DNA from: Squalus acanthias
Taxonomy: Eukaryota
Assembly (NCBI GenBank): GCA_030390025.1
Contig: JASTWF010000034.1
Location: 434,001-498,000 of the forward strand
Length of the DNA: 64,000 bases
Reading direction: 5' to 3'
This document shows positions 1-10,332 of this stretch, piece after piece (positions within the stretch are counted from its first letter, which is position 1; the number at the start of each line of letters is the position of its first letter). Under the pieces are notes generated by a model. That model did no database searches, was not told the origin of the DNA, and saw only the letters and a list, made by a program, of their open reading frames with translations. A program made the translations under genes and the position numbers.

Positions 1-3000
1 ACTGGTCCTATCTCTTCAAAAGCCTGTGTGACTGGTCCTGTCTCTTCAAAAAGCCTGTGTGAATGTTCCTGTCTCTTCAAAAGCCTGTGTGACTGGACCT
101 GTCTCTATAAAAAGCCTGTGTGACTGGTCCTGGCTCTTTAGAAAGCCTGTGTGAATGTTCCTGTCTCTTTAGAAAGCCTGTGTGACTTGTCCTGGCTCTT
201 TAGAAAGCCTATGTGAGTGGTTCTGTCTCTTTAGAAAGCCAGCGTGACTGATCCTTGCTTTTTAAAAAGCCTGTGTGACTGGTCCTGTCTCTTTAAAAAG
301 CCTGTGTGACTGGTCCTGTCTCTTTAAAAGCCTGTGTGAAATATCCTGTCTCTTTAAAAAGCCTGTGTGACTGTTCCTGTCTCTTCAAAAAGCCTGTGTG
401 ACTGGTCTTGTCAATTTAGAAAGCCTGTGTGACTGGACCTGTCTCTTCAAAAAGCCCGTGTGACCGGTCCTGTCTCTTTAAAAAGCCTGTGTGAGTGGCC
501 CTGTCTCTTTAGAAAGCCTGTGTGAGTGGTCCTGTCTCTTTAGAAAGCCTGTGTGACTGGACCTGTCTCTTTAAAAAGCCTGTGTGAGTGGTTCTGTCAG
601 TTTAGAAAGCCTGTGTGACTGGTCCTGTCTCTTAAAAGCCTGTGTGACTGGTCCTGTCTCTTCAAAAAGCCTGTGTGACTGGTCCTGTCTCTTTAAAAGG
701 CCTGTGTGAATGGTCCTGTATCATTAGAAAGCCTGTGTGACTGATCCTGGCTCTTTAGAAAGCCTGTGTGACTGGTCCTGGCTCGTTAGAAAGCCTGTGT
801 GAATGATCGTGTCTCTTTAGAAAGCTTGTGTGACTGGTCCTGTCTCTTTAAAAAGCCTGTGTGACTGGTCCTGGCACTTTAGAAAGCCTGTGTGACTGGT
901 CCTGGGTCTTTAGAAAGCCTGTGTCAATGTTCCTGTCTCTTTAGAAAGCCTGTGTGACTGGTCCTGTCTCTTTAGAAAGCCTGTGTGAATGGTTCTGTCT
1001 TTTTAGAAAGCCTGCGTGACTGGGTCTGTCTCTTTAGAAAGCCTGTGTGAATGGTTCTGTCTTTTTAGAAAGCCTGCGTGACTGAGCCTTGCTCTTTAAA
1101 AAGACAGTGCGACTGGTCCTGTCTCTTTAAAAAGCCTGTGTAGTTGGTCCAGTCTCTCTAAAAAGCCTGTGTGACTGGTCCTGTCTCTTTAAAAAGCCTG
1201 TGTGACTGGTCCTGTCTCTTTAAAAAGCCTGTGTGACTGGTCCTGTCTCTCTAAAAAGCCTGTGTGACTGGTCCTGTCTCTTTAAAAAGCCTGTGTGACT
1301 GGTCCTGTCTCTTTAGAAAGCCTGTGTGACTGTCCTGTCTCTTTAAAAAGCCTGTGTGACTGATCCTGTCTCTTCAAAAAGCCTGTGTGACTGGTCCTGT
1401 CTCTTAAAAAGCCTGTGTGACTGGTCCTGTCTCTTTAAAAAGCTAGTGTGACTGTCCTGTCTCTTTAAAAAGCCTGTGTGAGTGGTCCTGTCTCTTTAGA
1501 AAGCCTGTGTGACTGGTCCTGTCTCTTTAAAAAGCCTGTGTGACTGGCCCTGTCTCTTTAGAAAGCCTGTGTGACTGGTCCTGTCTCTTTAGAAAGCCTG
1601 TGTGACTGGTCCTGTCTCTTTAAAAAGCCTGTGTGACTGGTCCTGTCTCTTCAAAAAGCCTGTGTGACTGTCCTGTCTCTTTGAAAAGCCTGTGTGACTG
1701 GTCCTGTCTCTTTAAAAAGCCTGTGTGACTGGTCCTGTCTCTTTAAAAAGCCTGTGTGACTGGTCCTGTTTCTTCAAAAAGCCTGTGTGACTCTTCCTGT
1801 CTCTTCGAAAAGCCCGTGTGACTGGTATGTCTCTTTAAAAAGCTTGTGTGACTGGTCCTGTCTCTTTGAAAAGCCTGTGTGAATGGTCCTGTCTCTTTGA
1901 AAAGCCTGTGTGACTGGTCCTGTCTCTTTAAAAAACCGTTGTGACTGGACCTGTCTCTTTAAAAAGCCGTTGTGACTGGTCCTGCCTCTTCACAAAGCCT
2001 GTGTGACAGGTCCTGTCTCTTTAAAAAGCCTGTGTGACTTTTCCTGTCTCTTCAAAAAGCCTGTGTGAGTGCCCCTGTCTCTTTAGAAAGCATGTGTGAC
2101 TGTTCCTGGCTCTTTAAAAAGACATGGTGAGTGGCCATGTCTCTTTAGAAAGCCTGCGTGACTAGTCATGTCTCTTTATAAAGCATTTGTGACTGATTCT
2201 GTCTGTTTAAAAAGCCTGTGTGAGTGGTCCTGTCAATTTAGAATGCCTGTGTGACTGGTCCTGTCTCTTCAAAAAGCCTGTGTGACTGGTCCTGTCTCTT
2301 TAAAAAGCCTGTGTGACTGGTCCTGTCTCTTTCAAAAGCCTGTGTGACTGGTCCTGTCTCTTTAAAAAGCCTGTGTGACTGGTCCTGTCTCTTTAAAAGC
2401 CTGTGTGACTGGTCCTGTCTCTTCAAAAAGCCTGTGTGACTGGTCCTGTCTCTTTAAAAAGCCTGTGTGACTGGTCCTGTCTCTTTAAAAGCCTGTGTGA
2501 CTGGTCCTGTCTCTTTAAAAAGCCTGTGTGACTGGTCCTGTCTCTTTAAAAAGCCTGTGTGACTGGTCCTGTCTCTTTAAAAGCCTGTGTGACTGGTCCT
2601 GTCTCTTTAAAAAGCCTGTGTGACTGGTCCTGTCTCTTTAAAAGCCTGTGTGACTGGTCCTGTCTCTTTAAAAAGCCTGTGTGACTGGTCCTGTCTCTTT
2701 AAAAGCCTGTGTGACTGGTCCTGTCTCTTTGAAAAGCCTGTGTGACTGGTCCTGTCTCTTTAAAAAGCCTGTGTGACTGGTCCTGTCTCTTTAAAAAGCC
2801 TGTGTGACTGGTCCTGTCTCTTCAAAAAGCCTGTGTGACTCTTCCTGTCTCTTTCGAAAGCCGTGTGACTGGTCCTGTCTCTTTAAAAGCTTGTGTGACT
2901 GGTCCTGTCTCTTTGAAAAGCCTGTGTGAATGGTCCTGTCTCTTTGAAAAGCCTGTGTGACTGGTCCTGTCTCTTGAAAAGCCGTTGTGACTGGACCTGT

Positions 3001-4680
3001 CTCTTAAAAAGCCGTGTGACTGGTCCTGCCTCTTCACAAAGGCTGTGTGACAGGTCCTGTCTCTTTAAAAGCCTGTGTGAGTGCCCCTGTCTCTTAAAAA
3101 GCATGTGTGACTGTTCCTGGCTCTTTAAAAGACAGTGTGAGTGGCCATGTCTCTTTAGAAAGCCTGCGTGACTAGTCATGTCTCTTTATAAAGCATTGTG
3201 ACGATTCCTGTCTGTTTAAAAGCCTGTGTGAGTGGTCCTGTCTCTTTAGAAAGCCTGTGTGACTGGTCCTGTCTCTTTAAAAAGCCTGTGTGACTGGTCC
3301 TGTCTCTTTAAAAAGCCTGTGTGACTGGTCCTGTCTCTTCAAAAAGCCTGTGTGACTGGTCCTGTCTCTTTAAAAAGCCTGTGTGACTGGTCCTGTCTCT
3401 TTAAAAGCCTGTGTGACTGGTCCTGTCTCTTCAAAAAGCCTGTGTGACTGTCCTGTCTCTTTAAAAGCCTGTGTGACTGGTCCTGTCTCTTTAAAAAGCC
3501 TGTGTGACTGGTCCTGTCTCTTTAAAAGCCTGTGTGACTGGTCCTGTCTCTTTAAAAGCCTGTGTGACTGGTCCTGTCTCTTTAAAAGCCTGTGTGACTG
3601 GTCCTGTCTCTTCAAAAAGCCTGTGTGACTGGTCCTGTCTCTTAAAAAGCCTGTGTGACTGGTCCTGTCTCTTAAAAAGCCTGTGTGACTGGTCCTGTCT
3701 CTTTAAAAAGCCTGTGTGAATGGTCCTGTCTCTTAAAAAGCCTGTGTGACTGGTCCTGTCTCTTCAAAAGCCTGTGTGACTCTTCCTGTCTCTTCGAAAA
3801 GCAAGTGTGACTGGTCCTGTCTCTTTGAAAAGCCTGTGTGACTGGTCCTGTCTCTTTGAAAAGCCTGTGTGACTGGTCCTGTCTCTTTGAAAAGCCTGTG
3901 TGAATGGTCCTGTCTCTTGGAAAAGCCTGTGTGAATGGTCCTGTCTCTTTAAAAAGCCTGTGTGACTGGTGCTGTCTCTTTCAAAAGCCTGTGTGAGTGG
4001 CCCTGTCTCTTTAGAAAGCCTGTGTGACTGGTCCTGTCTCTTTAAAAAGCCTGTGTGACTGGTCCTGGCTCTTTAAAAAGCCAGTGTGAGTGGCCCTGTC
4101 TCTTTAGAAAGCCTGCGTGACTGGTCCTGTCTCTTTAAAAGCCGTTGTGACTGGACCTGTCTCGTTAAAAAGCCGTTGTGACTGGTCCTGTCTCTTCAAA
4201 AAGCCTGTGTGAGTGGCCCTGTCTCTTCAAAAAGCCTGTGTGACTGGTCCTGTCTCTTTCAAAAGCCTGTGTGACTGGTCCTGTCTCTTTAAAAAGCCTG
4301 TGTGACTGATGCTGTCTCTTCAAAAGCCAGTGTCAGTGGTCCTGTCTCTTTAAAAAGCCTGTGTCAGTGGCCTTGTCTCTTTAAACAGCCTGTGTGACTG
4401 GTCCTGTCTCTTCAAAAAGACTGTGTGACTGATCTTGTCTCTTCAAAAAGCCTGTGTGACTGTTCCTGTCTCTTCAAAAAGCCTGTGTGACTGGTCCTGT
4501 CTCTTTGAAAAGCCTGTGTGACTGGTCCTGTCTCTTTAAAAAGCCTGTGTGACTGCTCCTGTCTCTTCAAAAAGCCTGTGTGTCTGGTCCTGTCTCTTCA
4601 AAAAGCCTGTGTGACTGGTCCTGTCTCTTTCAAAAGCCTGTGTGACAAGTCCAGTCTCTCTAAAAAGCCTTTGTGAATGT
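1..4680. repeat. 30-31 bp tandem satellite (AAAAGCCTGTGTGACTGGTCCTGTCTCTTT[A]), about 150 copies, runs off the left edge
   Basis: Unit visible continuously; the short ORFs here (KRQDQSHRL repeats) are translations of the repeat. Confidence 0.97.
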
Positions 4681-5189
4681 TTTTTGTCACTGCCTGTGGC
4701 TCCGGCCTCTTGTTTAGGTGTTCATCGCATGTTATACAATTAAGAGGAGTTGGAATGGATGTTTTTTTTTTAAACAGGGGACCATGGATTTTGGTGCCAC
4801 AGGGGTGTTGATGGTGCAGGATTACTGAGACTATTTCTTTGACACTGAAGTGACTTCACTGAGTTACGGAGAAAGCTTTGCTGGAAAAGTAGTGTGAAGA
4901 ATTGAAGCCCTAGGACTAGAAACCCGTCATTGACTGCAGTGGAACTGAATATCAGGCGCTGCGTGTAACGGGCGCCCGATCCGATACCACCCGTTTAACC
5001 CACGCCCGAGACACATTTCTCGGCTCCTGTCAGTAGACATCGGCAAATATCAAATGTCACAGTGTGCTGGTGAATTGGACTAAGACTTTTCCTCTCAAAG
5101 GCTCGGCTTGAAACCATTCAGAGACATTTGTTATCATCCGAGACAGATTGCTCGAGGGGTGGGGAGATATAAGAGTTGTATCTAAAATT

Positions 5190-5370
5190 AATTACAAGCA
5201 TTTCTGTCTCATCCGAAACTCTGCTGTCCGTGTCCTAACTCGCATCAAGTCCCGTTCATCCATCACCCCTGTGCTCGCTGACCTACATTGGCTCCCGGTC
5301 CGGCAATGCTTTGATTTTATAATTATCATCCCCGTGTTGAGCCCCAACACATTGCCAAGTGTCCAGTAAA
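5190..5370 (+). mobile_element. L2-type LINE ORF2 C-terminal fragment
   Basis: NSAVRVLTR..SRSSITPVLADLHWLPV motif typical of the L2 ORF2 C-terminus. Confidence 0.7.
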
Positions 5371-5579
5371 GGATTTGCATCCCGAAAATGCCATACGTCA
5401 CTTTGTTTAGTATTTAGTATTTTACCATAAGTATGTCTCATCCCCAGGGTCAAAGGTGAATTTCTACTATTTGCATCAAGGGGCACAGGGAGGGGTTAGA
5501 GTTCGGCTCGGACTGTCGCACAAAACACCATCATAACCAAGTTCCAACTTCATGTCACTCACCATCCAGGCTGGAACAA

Positions 5580-5965
5580 TTTTTTATTCATTCATGGGAT
5601 GTGGGCGTCGCTGGCAAGGCCACATTTATTGCCCATTCCTAATTGCCCTTGAGAAGGTGGTGGGGAGACACCTTATAAAACTAAATGGCTTGCTCGGCCA
5701 TTTCAGAGGGCAGTTAAAAGTTAATCACATTGCTCTGGGTCTGGAGTCACATTTCGGCCAGACTGGGTAAGGACGGCAGATTTCCTTCCCAGATAGGTTT
5801 TTATAAAAATCCTGTAGTTTCATGGTCACCATTCTTGATATTAGCTTTTCATTCCAGATTTGTTTAATTAATTGAATTTAAATTCCCCAGCTGGTGGGAC
5901 TTGAACTCTGGATCATTTGTCCAGTCATCTGGTTTACTAGTCCAGCAACATTACCACTATGCTTC
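5580..5965 (-). mobile_element. tRNA-derived SINE with LINE-derived 3' tail, nested in a LINE 3' fragment (about 5545-6125, +)
   Basis: Minus strand begins with A-box-like GCATAGTGGTAA and B-box-like GAGTTCAAGTCC; it ends ...GGCCTTGCCAGCGACGCCCACATCCCATGAATGAATAAAAAA, matching the LINE tail at about 14920-14972. Confidence 0.7.
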
Positions 5966-6124
5966 CGTACCCTTCAAATATATCGCCGTTCCTTCATCGT
6001 CACTGGGTCAAAAGCCTGAAATTCCTTCCATAATAGTATTGTGGGAGCACCTTCACCACAGGGGCTGCAGTGGCTCAATTTGAAGGCCGACCATTTTCTC
6101 ACGGGTAACTAGGGATGGGCAAGA

Positions 6125-8292
6125 ATACGGGAGGAGGCCATTTGGCCCATTGTGTCATCCGTGGTCGAAATAGAGCTCTGCACCCTAATCCCACTTTCCA
6201 GCTCTTGGTCCTTAGCCCTGTAGGTTACAGCACTTCAAGTGCATATCCAAGTACGTTTTAAACGTGATGAGGGTTTCTGCCTCGACCACACTTTCAGGCC
6301 GTGAGTTTCAGACCCCCACACCCCTCTGGGTGAAAACATTTCTCCCCATCACCCCTCTAATCCTTCTACCAATTAATTTAAATCTATGACCCCCGGTTAT
6401 TGACCTCCCTGTCAGGGCAAATAGTTCCTCCCTATCGACTCCAGCTAGGCCTCTCATAATTTTATACACCTCAATTAAATCTTCCCTCAGCCTCCTCTGT
6501 TCCAAAGTAAACAACCCCAGGCTATCCAATCTTTCCTCATAGCTAAAATTATCCAGTCCTGGCAACATCCACGTAAATCTCCGCTATAATGTCTCTCGTG
6601 CAATCACATCGTTCCTGTAATGTGGTGACCAGAACTTTACACAGTATTCTAGCAGTGGCCTAACTAGTGTTTTATACAGTTCTAACATAACCTCCCTGCT
6701 TTTATATCCTATGCCTCGGCTAATAAAGCAACGTATCCCACATGCCTACTTAACCACCCTATCTATATGTCCTGATATATTTATAGATATGTGGAAATGT
6801 ACTCCAAGTTCCCTCTGTTCCTACCATTTATTGTGTATGCCCTCTTTTTTAGTCCTCCACCAATCCATTACCTCACACTTCTCCGAATTGAAGTCCATTT
6901 GCCATTGTTCTGCCCACCGGACCAGTCCATTGATATCTTCTTGCAGTCTACAGCTTTCTTCCTCACTATCAACCACACGGCCAATTTTGTATCATGTGCA
7001 AACTTCTTCATCATGGCCCTAGCATTGAAGTCTAAATCATTAATATATACCACAAATAGCAGGGGACCTAGTACTGAGCCCTGTGGAACCCCACTGGAAA
7101 CAGCCTTCCATTCACAAAGAACACCCGTTGACCATTACCCTTTGCTTCCTGCCACTGAGCCAATTTTGGATCCAACTTGCCACTTTCCCTTGGATCCAAT
7201 GACCAACCTGTCATGTGGGACCTTGTCAAAGGCCTTTCTAATATCTATGTGCACTACATCAAATGCACTCCCCTCATCGACCCTCCTCATTACCTCCTCA
7301 AAAAATTCAATCCTGTGAGTCAGACACGACCTTCCCTTAATATTACCATGCTGACTGTCCTTGATTAATCTGTGCCTTTCTAAATGCCGATTAATACTGC
7401 CCCTCAGAATCTTTCAATATTTTTTTCCACCACCAAGGTTAGACTGACTGCCCTGTAATTACTCGGTCTATCCCTTTCTCCCTTTTGAAACAATGGTACA
7501 ACGTTAGCAGTCCTCCAGTCCTCTGGCATCACGCCTGTAGCCAGAGAGGATTGGAAAATGATGGTCTGAGCCTCCGCTATTTCCTCCTCTGCCTCTCGTA
7601 AAAGCCTGGGATACATTTCATCCGAGCCTCGTGATTTATCTAATTTCAAAGATGCTAAACACCTTAATGTTTCTTCTCTCACTATGTTTGTCTCATCTAA
7701 TATTCCACACTCCTCCTCCTTAACTACAATGTCTGTATCGTCTCACTCTTCTGTGAAGACAGACACAAAGTATTTATTAAGAACCATATCCACGTCTTCC
7801 GCCTCCACACACAGATTAACTTTTTGGTCTATAATAGGCCAGACTCTTTCCTTAGTTATCCTCTTGCTCTTGATGTATGTATAAAACATCTTTGGGTTTT
7901 CCTTGCCAATATTTTTTCATGCCCTCTGTTTGCTTTCCTAATTTCCTTTTTAATTTCACCCCTGTACTTTCTATACCCCTCTCGGCTTTCTGTAGTATTG
8001 AGCTCTCGGTATCTGACAAAAGCTTCCCTTTTTGTTCCCTTATCCTACCCTGTATTCCCCTTGACAACTAGGGGATTCTACATTTTGAAGTCCCATCCTT
8101 TATCTTTGTGGGAATATATTTGCTCTGAGCCCTCACTATCACCTCGTTGAATGCATCCCACAGCTCTGACACTGTTTTCCAATTAAGAAGCTGTTTCCAG
8201 TCCACTTTTGCTAAATCACATCTCAGCTTAGTAAAATGGACCTTTCCCCAATTGAAAACATTTACACCTGGTCTTTCTTTGTCCTTTTCCAT
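6125..8292 (-). mobile_element. CR1 LINE, 5'-truncated, decayed ORF2
   Basis: Fragments WRTANVVPLFQKG..PSNYRAVSLT, VYINDLD..KFAHDTKL, YEERLDSLGLFTLEQRRLREDLIEVYKIM. Confidence 0.92.
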
Positions 8293-8294
8293 TA

Positions 8295-8660
8295 GGGGAT
8301 ATTTAATATAGATGTTCCAGATTGTAACGGGTTTTGACAGAGTAAGTAAGTCGGTTTCCAGAGGCAGAATTGTGGATAACCACAGGAAACAAATTTAAAG
8401 TAATTGGCAAAAGAACCAGAGGAGAGATGAGAATTTTCTTTACGCAGTGAGATGTGATCTAGAATGCACTGACTGAGAACGTGGTGGAAGCAGATTCAAT
8501 AGTAAATTTCGAAAGGGAATGGGACAATTAGATGAAGGGGAACTTTTATGGGGCTCTGATTAAAGAGTAGGACTGTGAATTGATAATTCTTTCAAAGAGA
8601 CGGCACGGACACGATGGGCCGAATGCCCTCCGTCTGTGATGTACCGTTCAATGATTCTAT
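8295..8660 (+). mobile_element. CR1 3' end fragment
   Basis: CR1 3' UTR motif ACGATGGGCCGAATG followed by a short tail. Confidence 0.7.
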
Positions 8661-8864
8661 GAGCGTGAGACAGAGAGAGAGAGAGAAGAGGGAGAGAGAA
8701 GAGGGGGAGATAGAGAAAGGGAGAAAGAGTGAAATAAAAATAGAGACTGAAAGACAGGGAGAGGTACAGAGGGAAAGTAATTAACTTTAAAAGGGGAATT
8801 GGATAAATACCTGAAGGGAAACAATTTGCAGGACTATGGGAAAAGAGCAAGGGAATGGGAATAA

Positions 8865-9366
8865 TCTGAGGGGTGAGGCCATGGTGGGATTTGAACATGA
8901 GGAGAAGAATATTTAAATCGAGTTGTCGCCGGATCGGCAGCCAATGTTGGTCAGTGATCACCGGGGTGACGGGTGAACGGGACATGATGTGTGTTAGGAT
9001 ATGGGCAGCAGAGTTTTGGATGAGCTCTGGTTTATGGAGGCTTGTTACTGGGAGGCCGGCCAGGAGAGTATTGGAATAGTCGAGTCTGGATTTAACAAAG
9101 GCATGGATGAGGGTTTATGCAGTGGAAGGGCTGAGGTGGAGCGGAGATGGGTGAAATTTTGGCGGTGGTAGTCGGCAGGCCTGGTGATTCAGAAGATATA
9201 TGTGTTCAGAACTCAGCTCAGGGACAAAGAGATCGCAGAGGTTGCAAACAGCCTGGTTCAGCCTCAGACATTGACCAGGGAGGGGGCCTGAATCGGGAGA
9301 TAGAGAATGGAGTTTGTGACGAGGACCGAAGACAATGGCTTCGCTCTTCCCAAGATTTAAATGCAA
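8865..9366 (-). mobile_element. L2-type LINE fragment
   Basis: HLNLGKSEAIVFGP and RSPVTPVITDQHWLPIRRQLDLNILLLMFKS motifs. Confidence 0.75.
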
Positions 9367-9608
9367 AAAATAATAGCACAGTGAAACATGGTTTACAGAT
9401 CTAATGGCTGGATATAGAGAGTTACCAGGGACACCAACAGCAGCAACGAATGAAGAATAGTAATACAGTTAGCAAAGGTTTGCAGGGTTAATAGCTGGAT
9501 AGAGAGACTTACCTGGAACAACAACTGCAGCAAGGAGGGGAGAGTAAATGACAAGAACAGTAATACAGTAAAACATGGTTAACAGAATAGCTGGATAGAG
9601 AGACTTAC

Positions 9609-9831
9609 CAGGAACACCAACAGCAGCAAGGAGCGGATAGTAAATGTATTGAACAATCAGAAGTGCGAAATAGATCCGATCGTCTAATGATAGCCAATCA
9701 TAATATTCTGAAAGATAGTCAAACTCCCAGCTGAAACTCCTGCCCATTGTTGTAGCATTCCAATCTACTGTTCTCAGATTCTGATCCATTGTTGTAGCAT
9801 TCCAATCTACTGCTCTCAGATTCTGATCCAT
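9609..9831 (-). CDS. First coding exon (N-terminus + TM1) of a GPR139/GPR142-like class A GPCR
   Basis: ATG at 9831; MDQNLRAVDWNATT..IVQYIYYPLLAAVGVP is 74 codons + 1 nt, ending at a consensus G|GTAAGT donor (phase 1); N-glycosylation sequons; YYP.L..VGVP is the TM1 pattern of this family. Confidence 0.8.
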
Positions 9832-9866
9832 TGTTGTAACATTCCAATCTACTGTTCTCAGATTCC
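9745..9866 (-). repeat. 42-bp tandem repeat x3 at the receptor N-terminus (NLRTVDWNATTM[DQ])
   Basis: Three near-identical units AATCTGAGAACAGTAGATTGGAATGCTACAACAATGG on the minus strand. Confidence 0.9.
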
Positions 9867-9954
9867 GACTCCCTCTCTGTGGAGCAGCGCGCTGATCCCT
9901 GTTAGTGCCGGAGGTGATGCTCTCACTGACACTGTGGGATAACACATTGAAAGG

Positions 9955-10108
9955 AGTCCCTTATTAATAGAAGAGGGAAACACTGCACTGATACAATCAG
10001 AGTCCATGGAGACAGACATTAATTACAGTCACGAAACAAACATCTTCAGTTAACCCATGGAGACTGACATTAATTACAGTCACTGAACAAACAGCTTCAG
10101 TTAACCCC
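9955..10108 (-). promoter_or_regulatory. Candidate promoter of the GPCR exon: TATA-like TATTAATAA plus a 51-bp tandem duplication containing TAATTA
   Basis: CTATTAATAA at 9961-9970 (minus strand); two copies of CCATGGAGAC(A/T)GACATTAATTACAGTCAC..CTTCAGTTAACCC at 10004-10108. Confidence 0.4.
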
Positions 10109-10332
10109 TTTCAATCCAACACTTTTTGTACCACAGTAAAGTTGAACATTTACCTGGTCCGGATGGGATGTATGAGGGTTGCAGAGGGAAGGAATGGTGA
10201 AATAGCACAGGCTCTGGCCAGAATCTTTCAATTCTCCTCGGATATGGGAATGGTGCCAGAGGAGTAATACTAGAGGCGGAAGTGTAACCATATTAGATAG
10301 GGACAGACTAAAAGACTACGAAAAATTCCAAA

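Noticed and set aside
1..4680. CRISPR-like or V(D)J RSS-like array
   Set aside because: Repeats are contiguous with no unique spacers or cas genes; no CACAGTG/ACAAAAACC with 12/23 spacing
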